Below the pieces are notes generated by a model. It did no database searches. It was not told the DNA's origin and saw nothing but the letters and a program-made list of their open reading frames with translations. A program made the position numbers and the translations under genes. From an uncultured Candidatus Rokubacteria bacterium (GTDB lineage: Bacteria > Methylomirabilota > Methylomirabilia > Rokubacteriales > DASRDR01): a stretch of 64,000 nt of DNA. Shown piece after piece: positions 10,593-19,945 of the stretch. Where the stretch lies: NCBI GenBank assembly GCA_963826115.1, contig CAWGVS010000006.1:64001-128000 (forward strand). Reading direction: 5' to 3'. Within the stretch, counting starts at the first letter, position 1; each line of letters starts with the position of its first letter.

Positions 10593-10608
10593 CGCGCGCG
10601 GGGATCGC

Positions 10609-11019
10609 TCACGGCCGCGGCGCCGCCGGGCACGGGCCGCCGCCCTCCAGGTAGTCGAGGAGATCACGCCGGTCCTCGACCGCGGCCAGCGCCGCGATCC
10701 ACATGGCCGAGCCGGGGACGACCCCCTGCGGGTCGACGACGAACGCGTCGAGGGTGGCGCGCGTCCAGACGAGGCCGCGCTGGCCTGCCTCGATCATCGC
10801 CGGGGAGAAGACAAAGCCCGGCAGCGCGCCGGCCTGACGGCCGAGGACGCAGCGGAGGCTCGGACCCGGCAGACCCTCCTCGCCCGCCACCACGGAGTGG
10901 CACGCGTAGCAGCGCTGGAACACGCGCTCGCCGCGCGCGGGATCGGCCGCGGCCCGCGACGCTGGGGACAGGAGCAACGCGACGAGGAGGACGAACCCGC
11001 TCGCCGCGGCCGCGATCAC
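10609..11019 (-). CDS. Class I cytochrome c (c2-like)
   Basis: Signal peptide, CYACH heme motif, GPSL, PGSAM axial Met. Confidence 0.88.
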   Translation of the reverse strand: MIAAAASGFVLLVALLLSPASRAAADPARGERVFQRCYACHSVVAGEEGLPGPSLRCVLGRQAGALPGFVFSPAMIEAGQRGLVWTRATLDAFVVDPQGVVPGSAMWIAALAAVEDRRDLLDYLEGGGPCPAAPRP

Positions 11020-11984
11020 TTCCGGCGGAAGACGACCAATCGATCGGCGCCGGACTCCGCGACCCAGACCTCACCGGCTCGGCCGTACATCTGCCGGACG
11101 TTGGCCCCGCGCCGGTCGCTCGGGAACGCCGTGAAGCGCTCCGTCTCCGGGTCGAACATCACGACCGCGTTCGCGCTCCATTCGCTGAGCCACACCTTGT
11201 CCTGGTCGTCGACGTAGACCGAGTAGGTCTGGGGCCGGTCGCCCGGCAGCTTCCACGTTTTCCAGGTCCCGGTCCGGGGGTCGTAGCGGCTCACGTTCCC
11301 GGAGTTCCACTCGCTGACCCAGATCTGGCCCCGGGAGTCCGACCAGACGCGCCGCGCGCCCTGACTCTTGGTCGGCGGCTCGATGACCGTCGCCGCGCCG
11401 GTCTCGACGTCGACGCGCGCGATGTGGCTCCCGGCGAGCGAGGCGTAGTAGACGGCGCCGTCCGGCGTCGTCGTGATGCCGTAGGGCCCCCGGCCGCGCG
11501 GGGCGTCCCAGACCTGCATCGCGCCGCTCTTGGGGTCGAGCCGCCCGTAGATCCCGTTCTGGCCCGTGAACCAGATGCGGCCCTGCTTGTCGAACGTCGC
11601 CGTGTTGAGGTTGACGTAGCCGCGGCCCTCGGGCAGGGGCCACCGCGTCACCTCGCGCGTCTTGGGGTCGACGCGGACGATCGCGTTCGTCCCGCCTTCG
11701 GTGACCCACGGGGCGCCGTCGGGTCCGATGATCACGCCGTGAGGCGCCGCTCCGGCGCCGAGCGGGACGAGGTCGATCTTGCCGGAGGCGGGATCCAGGC
11801 GGCCCAGCGCGCCGTTCCGCTGGGCGGTGTACCAGACGATGCCGTCCGCGCCGACGGCGACGTCGTGCGGATACCCGCCGCCCTGCGGCAAGGCATAGGT
11901 CTGGCTCGCGATCTCGGCGTAGGCGGGCGGGAGGAACAGAACCACGGCGAGCAACGCGAAGAGCACCGGGCGCGCGAGACGCAT
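11016..11984 (-). CDS. Exported virginiamycin B lyase (Vgb)-family beta-propeller
   Basis: Signal peptide; repeated PHDV/PHGV/PYGI...DG.VW blades; AAGGAGG RBS. Confidence 0.8.
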   Translation of the reverse strand: MRLARPVLFALLAVVLFLPPAYAEIASQTYALPQGGGYPHDVAVGADGIVWYTAQRNGALGRLDPASGKIDLVPLGAGAAPHGVIIGPDGAPWVTEGGTNAIVRVDPKTREVTRWPLPEGRGYVNLNTATFDKQGRIWFTGQNGIYGRLDPKSGAMQVWDAPRGRGPYGITTTPDGAVYYASLAGSHIARVDVETGAATVIEPPTKSQGARRVWSDSRGQIWVSEWNSGNVSRYDPRTGTWKTWKLPGDRPQTYSVYVDDQDKVWLSEWSANAVVMFDPETERFTAFPSDRRGANVRQMYGRAGEVWVAESGADRLVVFRRK

Positions 11985-12034
11985 GCGGACCTCCTTCACC
12001 GAGCGGCGACCGTCTTCAGGTTCACTATGCGCCG

Positions 12035-12469
12035 CTAGTGGCGGAGGCTCAAGAGGAGCACGCCGGCGCCCACGAGGGCGATGCCCGCCCACTCGCGCCC
12101 CCCGGGGCGCTCGCCGAGGGCGGCCACGGCGAACAGGGCGACCAGGACGACGCTCAGCTTGTCCACCGGCGCGACCTGCGACGCCGGGCCGATTTTCAGC
12201 GCGCGGAAGTAGCAGAGCCAGGACGCGCCGGTGGCCAGGGCGGAGAGCACCAGAAAGACGACCGACTTCGACGGCAGGACCCACGGACTCTGCCACTTGC
12301 CCGTGGCGTAGATGAGCGCGCCGAGCGTCAGCACGATGACGACGGTGCGGAGCAGCGTCGCGTAGTCGGAATCGATCCCCTCGAGCCCGATCTTGGCGAA
12401 GATCGCGGTCAGGGCGGCGAAGACGGCGGAGAGGAGGGCCCAGGGCAACCAGGTCGCGAGCGTCGGCAT
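12035..12469 (-). CDS. Small EamA/DMT-family transporter
   Basis: SAVFAALTAIFAKIG and SWLCYFRALKIGPASQVAPVDKLS motifs. Confidence 0.85.
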   Translation of the reverse strand: MPTLATWLPWALLSAVFAALTAIFAKIGLEGIDSDYATLLRTVVIVLTLGALIYATGKWQSPWVLPSKSVVFLVLSALATGASWLCYFRALKIGPASQVAPVDKLSVVLVALFAVAALGERPGGREWAGIALVGAGVLLLSLRH

Positions 12470-12498
12470 GGCATCCACCTCGATTCGTCGCTCGCCCG

Positions 12499-13494
12499 TC
12501 AGGTGTCGGCGTCCTGGGCGACGAGGTCCGCCGCCGGCAGCGGCTCGCCGGCGAGCACGCGCTGGACGTTCCGGAAGGCGTGGCGGGCGACGTTGGCGAC
12601 GTTGTCGAAGACCGAGCCGGCGACGTGGGGGGCCAGCACGAGGCCCGGTGCCCGGCTGCGCAGGAGTGGATGGTCGGGCGGCGGCGGCTCCCCGCCGAAG
12701 ACGTCGATCCCCGCGCCGCCGAGCGCCCCCGACTCGAGCGCCTCGGCCAGCGCGACCTCGTCCACGACCTCGCCGCGCGCGGTGTTGATCACGATGGCGC
12801 CGGGCCGGAGCCGCGCGATGCGCTCCCGCGACAGCATCCCCCGCGTCGCGCGGGTGTAGGGCACGTGGAAGCTCACGATGTCGGCCTCCGCGAGGAGCGG
12901 GTCCAGCTCCTGGAACGCCACGTGGAGCGCCTGCTCCTCCGTCACCGTCGGCCGCCGGATGTCGAAGTAGCGGACCTCGACGTCGAACCCCACGAGCCGC
13001 TTGGCGACCTGGCGGCCGATGGCGCCCAGCCCGATCAAGCCGACGCGCCGCCCGCGCAGCGAGCGAGCGTCGAGGCGTGTGTCGTCGCGCGCCCGGTGCC
13101 AGTCGCCGCCGCGAAACTGCGTCTGCCGCTGGGGCAGCCGCCGCAGCACGGCCAGCATCAGGAGCAGCGTGAACTCGGCCACGGGCACCGCGTTGGCGCC
13201 CGCCGTGATGGCCACCGGGACGCCACGGGCCCGCGCGGCCGCCAGGTCGATCTTGTCCACGCCGATGCCCCACTTCTGGATGAGCCGGAGCCCCGGCGCG
13301 GCGTCCATCAGGCTCGCGGGCAGGGGCGTGATGCCGCCGACGAAGAAGGTAGCGTCGCGCGCCAGGGCGAGCCGGTCGGCGGGATCGGAGGACGTGGCCA
13401 GGCGGAGCTCCAGCGACGGCGGGCACTCGGCCGCGATGACCGCGCGCACCTCGGGGGCGTGGACGTCGAGAAAGACGACGACCGGCCGTGACAT
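12499..13494 (-). CDS. D-isomer-specific 2-hydroxyacid dehydrogenase
   Basis: GLIGLGAIG, INTARG, GIDVF..EP and PHVAG motifs. Confidence 0.9.
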   Translation of the reverse strand: MSRPVVVFLDVHAPEVRAVIAAECPPSLELRLATSSDPADRLALARDATFFVGGITPLPASLMDAAPGLRLIQKWGIGVDKIDLAAARARGVPVAITAGANAVPVAEFTLLLMLAVLRRLPQRQTQFRGGDWHRARDDTRLDARSLRGRRVGLIGLGAIGRQVAKRLVGFDVEVRYFDIRRPTVTEEQALHVAFQELDPLLAEADIVSFHVPYTRATRGMLSRERIARLRPGAIVINTARGEVVDEVALAEALESGALGGAGIDVFGGEPPPPDHPLLRSRAPGLVLAPHVAGSVFDNVANVARHAFRNVQRVLAGEPLPAADLVAQDADT

Positions 13495-13498
13495 GGGG

Positions 13499-15181
13499 CT
13501 AGCCGTCCCGCCGGCGCGCCGCGGTCGCCGGCACGGGGAACTCGTCGGGGTCGATCGGGATCTCGACCACCGCGGGCTGATCGGCATCGAGCGCCGCGCG
13601 GACCGTGTCGGCGATCGCCTCCGGCCGGTCGACGTAGTAGCCGCGCGCGCCGAACAGCTCCGCGTAGCGATCGAACCGGGGGTTGGCGAGATCGGTGCCG
13701 ACATATCGGCCGCCGTAGAAGTGCCGCTGGTAGGCCTTCTCCGAGCCCCAGCAGTTGTTGTTCATCACCAGGGCGACGGCCGGGATGCGGTGCCGCACGG
13801 CGGTCTCGAGCTCCTGCGCGTTCATGAGGAAGCCGCCGTCCCCGTGGATGGCGAGCGCCGGGGCGTCGGGTCGCCCCAGCTTGGCCCCGAGCGCGGCCGG
13901 ATACGCGAAGCCGAGCCCGCCGAGGTCGAGCGGCGTGAGGAAGGTCCGCGGCCGCGTGAATCGAAGCCGGTCGTAGCCGTACGCCGGGGCGGCGCCCGCG
14001 TCGAGCGTGACGATGGTGTCGGGTGGGAGCGCCCGCCGGAGCTCGGCGTAGACTCGCTGGGGCTTCACGGGCCGGACGTCGAGGGCCGCCTCGGCGTCGA
14101 GTCGCGCCTCCCGCCGGGCCCGGAGCTCTCGCGCCTCGGCCTGCCAGGCGTCGGGGGCCGGCCGGGCCCGCGTCTCGCCGAGAAGCGCTAGGAGGGCGGC
14201 GAGCGTCTCGCGCGCGTCGGCCTGGATGCCGAGGGCGACCGGATACACGCGGCCGATGTCTCGCTCGTCCACGTCGACCTGCACGATCGCCGCGCCGGGC
14301 TGGATGTAACGCGCGTCGTAGAAGCTCGTGAACTGGCCCAGGCGCGAGCCCACGACCAGCAGGAGGTCGGCGCGCCGGCACGCCTGGGCCGCCTCCGGCG
14401 AGCCCGCGCGCCCGAGCGGCCCCACGTAGAGCGGGTGGTCGTTCGGGACGGCGTCGTTCCGGCCGTACGCCGTCACCGCCGGGACGCCGTAGGTCCGAGA
14501 GAGCCGCGCGAGGATCTCGCCGCCCATCGCCCACGTCACCCCGCCGCCGGCGACGAGGAGGGGTCGCTCGGCCTGCGCGAGAAGGCGCGCGGCCTCGCGG
14601 ACGGCCTCCGGGTGCGGCGGCACGGGGCGGGTCGGTCGATAGGCCTCCGGGGCGAGGGCGACCATCGACACGCTCTGGTCGTTCAGCACGTCCCGCGGGA
14701 TGTCGACGAACACGGGCCCCTTGCGCCCGGTCATGGCGGTACGAAATGCGAGGCGGAGCATGTCGGGAATCCGGCTCGCCTGCGTCACCTGGACGGACAG
14801 CTTCGTCACCGGACGGAACAGGCTGACGAGGTCGAGCTCCTGGAACGCGTCCCGGCCCTGCTGCCCGAGGGGGGAGCCCCCGGCGATCGCCACGACCGGC
14901 GAGTGCGCGACGTAGGCCCCTGCGATCCCGGTGAGGAGGTTCGTCGCGCCGGGACCGCTGGTCACGAGGCACGCGGCGAGCCCGCCCGTGACCCGCGCGA
15001 GCCCGTCGGCCATGAAGGCGCCGCCCTGCTCGTGGCGGACGTTCACGTACTCGACGCTCTTGTCGTCGTGGAGGACGTCGAGCACGTCGAGGAACGTCGA
15101 GCCGACGATCCCGAAGATGTGCCGCACGCCCTCGGCCTTCAAGAGCTCGATCACGGCCCGGCCGGCGCTCATCTCGGTCAC
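13499..15181 (-). CDS. ThDP-dependent enzyme (acetolactate synthase / sulfoacetaldehyde acetyltransferase-like)
   Basis: RHEQGG, TSGPGATN, and GDGGF...NNNCWGSEK ThDP-binding motif. Confidence 0.85.
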   Translation of the reverse strand: MTEMSAGRAVIELLKAEGVRHIFGIVGSTFLDVLDVLHDDKSVEYVNVRHEQGGAFMADGLARVTGGLAACLVTSGPGATNLLTGIAGAYVAHSPVVAIAGGSPLGQQGRDAFQELDLVSLFRPVTKLSVQVTQASRIPDMLRLAFRTAMTGRKGPVFVDIPRDVLNDQSVSMVALAPEAYRPTRPVPPHPEAVREAARLLAQAERPLLVAGGGVTWAMGGEILARLSRTYGVPAVTAYGRNDAVPNDHPLYVGPLGRAGSPEAAQACRRADLLLVVGSRLGQFTSFYDARYIQPGAAIVQVDVDERDIGRVYPVALGIQADARETLAALLALLGETRARPAPDAWQAEARELRARREARLDAEAALDVRPVKPQRVYAELRRALPPDTIVTLDAGAAPAYGYDRLRFTRPRTFLTPLDLGGLGFAYPAALGAKLGRPDAPALAIHGDGGFLMNAQELETAVRHRIPAVALVMNNNCWGSEKAYQRHFYGGRYVGTDLANPRFDRYAELFGARGYYVDRPEAIADTVRAALDADQPAVVEIPIDPDEFPVPATAARRRDG

Positions 15182-15939
15182 GCGCCGGCTCCTCCGGGGG
15201 CGTCCAGGTCGAGGCCCTCGGGCCAGCGGTCGCGCGGCTCGTAGCCGAGCAGCGTCTTCGCCGGGCGGAGGTCGTAGCGAGGCATCCCGACCGGAAGACT
15301 GCAGACGTGCACGACCGTGAAGCGGGGCAGGCCTTCCGCCTCCACCGCGGCGGCGAAGCCGCGCCCGGCGTCCCCGGGACTGAGATAGCCGTCCTGTCCG
15401 TGGGCGCTTGCCGCGAGCTCGGCGGCGTGCGCGCGGTCGCGCGGCACCCAGCCCGGGCGGACGACCACCACGTTCACGCCGTGGGTGGCCGCGTAGACCT
15501 GGCCGGCCGCCTCGGTCAGGACCTTCGTGAGCGAATACCAGTTGCGAGGCGCAATGGGCGTGGCCGGGGTGATCGGGAGCGGGCCGTCGTGGCCGCGGTA
15601 GAGCTGGCCGCTGCTGATCAGGACCACCCGCTCGAGTCGGGCCTGGCGCGCCGCCTCGAGCATTCGGTAGAGCCCGACCACGTTGTTCGGGAGGAGCAGC
15701 GTCATGAAGTCGGCCTCGTCCGGCGTGGCGGCCAGGTGGACCGCCGTGTCCATGCCCTCGACCGCCCGCAGGAGGTCGTCCGGGCTCGCGACGTCGCCCA
15801 CGACGGCGTCCCGGAGGGCGGGCGAGGGGACGCGATCGAAGCCGCGCACGCGGTGGCCGCGGGCGAGCAACTCGGCGCTCACGGCCCGGCCGATCCGGCC
15901 GGCGGAGCCCGTCACCAGGACCGCGTGCGCGCGCGCCAT
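15178..15939 (-). CDS. NAD-dependent epimerase/dehydratase (uronate dehydrogenase-like)
   Basis: TGSAGRIG, VHLAA and YSLTK motifs. Confidence 0.8.
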   Translation of the reverse strand: MARAHAVLVTGSAGRIGRAVSAELLARGHRVRGFDRVPSPALRDAVVGDVASPDDLLRAVEGMDTAVHLAATPDEADFMTLLLPNNVVGLYRMLEAARQARLERVVLISSGQLYRGHDGPLPITPATPIAPRNWYSLTKVLTEAAGQVYAATHGVNVVVVRPGWVPRDRAHAAELAASAHGQDGYLSPGDAGRGFAAAVEAEGLPRFTVVHVCSLPVGMPRYDLRPAKTLLGYEPRDRWPEGLDLDAPGGAGA

Positions 15940-15940
15940 C

Positions 15941-16981
15941 CTAGGACGGCGCCGGTCCCGCGGGCGGCTCGACGAACGCGGACCCCATCGCGCCCGCGGG
16001 CACCGCGGGCGCCTCCCGGTCGAGGTAGCAGGCGACGACCCGGTGCGTCGCCGTGCGGAAGAGCGGGGGCGCGGCCGTTCGGCAGACCGGCATGGCCGAC
16101 GGGCAGCGGTCCTCGAAGAGGCACCCGCGGTCGTTGGTGTCGCCGCGCGCGGCTGTCCGCGGAGGCGCGCCGTCGGCCGTCCACGTCCGCTCCACGCCGG
16201 GAACGGGGATCGAGCCGACCAGGAGGCGGGTGTACGGGTGGCGAGGGTCCTTCACGACCAGCTCGACGTCGCCCGCCTCCACCACCGAGCCACGGTACAG
16301 CACGACGATGTTCTCCGCGACCTGGTAGGCGGTCGCCAGGTCGTGCGTGATGTAGACGACGGGGATCCGGAGGTCGAGCGTCATCTGCCGGAGCGCGCCC
16401 AGGATCGTCGCGCGGAGCGAGGCGTCCACCATCGAGACGGGCTCGTCCGCGAGGATGACGCGCGGCCGCAGGAGGAGCGCCCGCGCCACCATCACGCGCT
16501 GCCGCTGGCCCCCGGAGAGCTGGTGCGGGAAGCGGCCGAGGGTCTCGTCGGGGCGGAGCCCGACCGCCCGGAGCGCGTGCTCGATCAGGCTCCGGGCCTC
16601 GGCGCGGGAGGCCGCCAGGCCGAACTTCGCGACCGGCACCGTCAGGACGTGGTCCACCCGGTAGAAGGGGTTGTAGACCTCGTACGGGTCCTGGAAGACC
16701 GCCTGCACCTCGCGGCGGAAGGTCCGCCGCTCCGCGGCCGACATCGCGGTGAGGTCGCGCCCGCGGTAGGCGATGGACCCCGCCGTCGGCGTGAGGAGCC
16801 CGAGGAGGAGCCGGGCGAGCGTCGTCTTGCCGCTCCCGCTCTCACCGACCACCGCGGTGACGGACGGGCGCCCCTCGGCCAGCGCGAGCGAGAACTCGCG
16901 GAGCGCCACCGTGTGCCGCCGGTCGAGCAGTCCGCCGCCGAAGGCCTTGGTCACCGCGCGAGCCTCGAGGAGGGCCGCCAT
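15941..16981 (-). CDS. Opp/Dpp-family ABC ATPase (OppF-like)
   Basis: GESGSGKT, LSGGQRQR, HPYT and C-terminal Cys cluster. Confidence 0.9.
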   Translation of the reverse strand: MAALLEARAVTKAFGGGLLDRRHTVALREFSLALAEGRPSVTAVVGESGSGKTTLARLLLGLLTPTAGSIAYRGRDLTAMSAAERRTFRREVQAVFQDPYEVYNPFYRVDHVLTVPVAKFGLAASRAEARSLIEHALRAVGLRPDETLGRFPHQLSGGQRQRVMVARALLLRPRVILADEPVSMVDASLRATILGALRQMTLDLRIPVVYITHDLATAYQVAENIVVLYRGSVVEAGDVELVVKDPRHPYTRLLVGSIPVPGVERTWTADGAPPRTAARGDTNDRGCLFEDRCPSAMPVCRTAAPPLFRTATHRVVACYLDREAPAVPAGAMGSAFVEPPAGPAPS

Positions 16982-16985
16982 GCCG

Positions 16986-17942
16986 TTACGCCAGGTGGCA
17001 GGCCGCCCAGCCGTCGGGGCGCGCCTCGCGGAGCTCGGGGACCTCGTGCCGGCACCGGTCCACCGCGAGCGGGCAGCGGGGATGGAAGGCGCACCCGGCC
17101 GGGAGATCCCGGAGCGGCGGCGGGAGCCCCGGGATTCCCCGGAAGACGCCCTTCCGCTCGAGCGAGGGCAGGCTGGCGATGAGCATGCGCGTGTAGGGGT
17201 GGAGGGCCTCGGTGAAGACGTCGCGGACCGGGGAGAGCTCGACCAGCCGGCCCGCGTACATGACGCCCAGGCGGTCGACGAACTGGGCCATCAGCCCCAT
17301 GTCGTGGCCCACCAGGATGACGGAGGCGCCGAGCTCGGCCTGGGCCCGCCCGAGCGTGTCCATGACCTGCCGCTGGACGACGACGTCGAGCGCGCTCGTC
17401 GGCTCGTCGGCCACGAGGACGCGCGGGGAGAGGCTCACGGCGATCGCGATGCACGCCCGCTGCTTCATGCCGCCGGAGAGCTGGTGGGGGAACATGCCGG
17501 CGACCTCGGGATCGAGGCCCACGCGCGGGAGGAGGTCCCGGAGGCGCTCCGCGAGCGCGCGTCCGGTCAGCGGCGCGCCGTGGTCGCGGAGGGCGTCGGC
17601 AACCTGGTCGCGGATCCGGAGCACGGGGTTGAGGGAGTTCATCGATCCCTGCGGGACCAGCGCGATCCGCGCCAGCCGCTGACGCCGCATCTCCTCCTCC
17701 GGCAGCGTGAGGAGATCCCGGCCCTCGAGCCACACCGAGCCGGCCTCGATGTGGCCGGGCGGCTTGATCAGACGCAAGAGGGCCAGCGCCATCGTCGACT
17801 TGCCGGAGCCGGATTCCCCGGCGATGCCGAGTCGCTCGCCGGCCCGCAGGTTGAACGTCAGGCGGTCGGCCGCCCGCACCGCGCCCGCCGGGGTGTGGTA
17901 CCGCACCGTGAGGCCCTCGACGCGGAGCACGTCCGGGGTCAC
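16986..17942 (-). CDS. Opp/Dpp-family ABC ATPase (OppD-like)
   Basis: GESGSGKS, LSGGMKQR, DEPTSALD, GCAFHPRC; GTGA overlap start. Confidence 0.9.
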   Translation of the reverse strand: MTPDVLRVEGLTVRYHTPAGAVRAADRLTFNLRAGERLGIAGESGSGKSTMALALLRLIKPPGHIEAGSVWLEGRDLLTLPEEEMRRQRLARIALVPQGSMNSLNPVLRIRDQVADALRDHGAPLTGRALAERLRDLLPRVGLDPEVAGMFPHQLSGGMKQRACIAIAVSLSPRVLVADEPTSALDVVVQRQVMDTLGRAQAELGASVILVGHDMGLMAQFVDRLGVMYAGRLVELSPVRDVFTEALHPYTRMLIASLPSLERKGVFRGIPGLPPPLRDLPAGCAFHPRCPLAVDRCRHEVPELREARPDGWAACHLA

Positions 17943-18835
17943 ACGGCCCTCCGGAGCCGGGGGTTGGCGACCTCGTCGAGGCCCACGGTGACGAAGAAGA
18001 GCCCCAGGAACACGACGAGGATCACGACGATCGGCGCGGCCCACCACCACCACCAGCCGTTGATGAGGGCCGCGTTGAAGTTGACCCAGTAGAGGGTCAT
18101 CCCGAGCGTCGGCGAGTCGATCGGCCCGAGGCCGAGGACCTCGAGGAACACCGAGGCGAGGATCGCGCTCGAGACCGCGTTGACGAGCGTCGCCCCCAGG
18201 TACGGCAGGAGGTTCGGCGCGAGCTCGCGGACGATGATCTCCGGGCCGCGCATGCCGGAGAGGCGCGCGACGTCGACGTAGCCGCGCTCGCGGAGACTCA
18301 GGGCCTGGGCCCGGATGGCGCGCGTCGGGCTGAGCCAGGCCAGCGACGCCACGACGATCGCCATCTGGTCGACGGTCAGCCCTTCCTTGATCGAGACGGC
18401 GATGATGATGAGCACCAGGAGCCCGGGCACCGTGAGGCCGACGTCCACGACGCCCCGGATGATCGCGTCCGTCGCGCCCCGGTAGTACGCCGCGGTGAAG
18501 CCGAGAATGGCGCCGAGGCCCACGCCGATCACGCCGGCGATGAAGCCGATGCGGAGCGTCAAGGGCGTGCCCGCGACCATCACCGCCAGGAGATCGCGTC
18601 CCTGGCGGTCCGTGCCGAGCGGGTACTGGCGGGACGGCGGCCGGAGGGTCGGGGCCGAGAGCGGCCGCGCCTTCGACGTGTCGACGACCAGGTGGCCCAC
18701 GCCCACGAAGGCGGTCAGGGCGCCCAGGAGGACGAGCCCGACGGCCAGCGCCACGTTGCGGCGCAGGTAACGACCGAGGGCGGGCGCGACGCCGGGCCAC
18801 GGAGCGGGCGCCGGCGGGACCGGGAGGTCGGCCAC
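17939..18835 (-). CDS. Opp/Dpp-family ABC permease (OppC-like)
   Basis: PLGTDRQGRD and YVDVARLSG EAA loop. Confidence 0.9.
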   Translation of the reverse strand: MADLPVPPAPAPWPGVAPALGRYLRRNVALAVGLVLLGALTAFVGVGHLVVDTSKARPLSAPTLRPPSRQYPLGTDRQGRDLLAVMVAGTPLTLRIGFIAGVIGVGLGAILGFTAAYYRGATDAIIRGVVDVGLTVPGLLVLIIIAVSIKEGLTVDQMAIVVASLAWLSPTRAIRAQALSLRERGYVDVARLSGMRGPEIIVRELAPNLLPYLGATLVNAVSSAILASVFLEVLGLGPIDSPTLGMTLYWVNFNAALINGWWWWWAAPIVVILVVFLGLFFVTVGLDEVANPRLRRAV

Positions 18836-18842
18836 GGCGCGG

Positions 18843-19847
18843 CTACGCCTTCCGGTAGGTGATGCGCGGGTCGAGGAGCGGGTACACCGCGTCGAGGATG
18901 AGCGTCGCGAGTCCGAGCGCGACGATGACGATGAACACGATGCCTTGGATCAGGAAGTGGTCGTTCTCGCGAATGGCCTGGAACAGGACCGTGCCGATGC
19001 CGGGGTACCCGAAGATGACCTCGACGAGCACCGCCCCGGACACGATCTGGCCGAGCGCCAGCGCGAGCCCGGTGGCCTGCGGGAGGAGCGCGTTCCGGAG
19101 GCAGTAGTGGACGAAGATGGTGAGACTCCGGAGGCCCTTCGCCTCGGCGAACGTCACGTAGTCCTCGCCCTGGGTCGTCACCATCATGCCCCGCATCGAC
19201 AGGGCCCAGCCGCCCGTCGCCACCAGCACGATGGACAGGGCGGGCAGGACCGCGTGCTGGAGCACGTCGAGGACGAAGGGGACCGTCAGCGCCGGGAAGG
19301 CGCCGGCGCTGTAGCCGCCGAACATCGGCAGCACCGGGAAGCGGAACGCGAACACGTAGATCAGCATGAGACCGAGCAGGAAGAACGGGATCGCGTGGAG
19401 CGCCCAGAGGGGCGGCATCAGCCAGCGCATCCAGCGCGGGGCCCGGGGCCAGCCGAGGAGCGCGCCCAGGAACGTCCCGAGGGTGAAGGACACGAGCGTC
19501 GTGGTGCCGAGGAGCGCGACGGTCCAGGGGAGGGCCTCGGCGATCATGTCGTTCACGGTGCGGGGGTAGTTGGCGATCGAGTAGTTGAAGCGGAGCCGCG
19601 CGGCGTCCCGGAGGAAGCTCCCGTACTGCGCCCACAGCGGGCGATCGAGCCCGAACCGCTTGTCGTATTCCTTGACCATCTCGTCGATGCCGGCCTGCAC
19701 GTGGCCGCCGAGCTGCGCCTGCTGGAGGAGCTTCACCCGCACGGGGTCCTGGCCGGTGAGCCGGGGCAGGAAGAAGTTGAGGGTGGCGGCCAGCCACGCG
19801 ATCAGGAGGAACACGCCGACACGACGGAGGAGATAGCTAGCCGACAC
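18843..19847 (-). CDS. Opp/Dpp-family ABC permease (OppB-like)
   Basis: GLDRPLWAQY, DYVTFAEAKGL and VEVIFGYPGIG motifs. Confidence 0.9.
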   Translation of the reverse strand: MSASYLLRRVGVFLLIAWLAATLNFFLPRLTGQDPVRVKLLQQAQLGGHVQAGIDEMVKEYDKRFGLDRPLWAQYGSFLRDAARLRFNYSIANYPRTVNDMIAEALPWTVALLGTTTLVSFTLGTFLGALLGWPRAPRWMRWLMPPLWALHAIPFFLLGLMLIYVFAFRFPVLPMFGGYSAGAFPALTVPFVLDVLQHAVLPALSIVLVATGGWALSMRGMMVTTQGEDYVTFAEAKGLRSLTIFVHYCLRNALLPQATGLALALGQIVSGAVLVEVIFGYPGIGTVLFQAIRENDHFLIQGIVFIVIVALGLATLILDAVYPLLDPRITYRKA

Positions 19848-19892
19848 GGGAGACGATCCTGGCGCGTCGCTGGCCGCGGCGCCCGTCGGAAG

Positions 19893-19931
19893 GGCGGCCG
19901 GGTCGCGCGGCGATCACGCGACCCGGCCGCC
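19893..19931. terminator. 15-bp perfect intergenic stem-loop between the SBP and oppB (mRNA stabiliser or attenuator)
   Basis: GGCGGCCGGGTCGCG-N9-CGCGACCCGGCCGCC. Confidence 0.6.
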
Positions 19932-19945
19932 GGAGCGCGGGTGGC

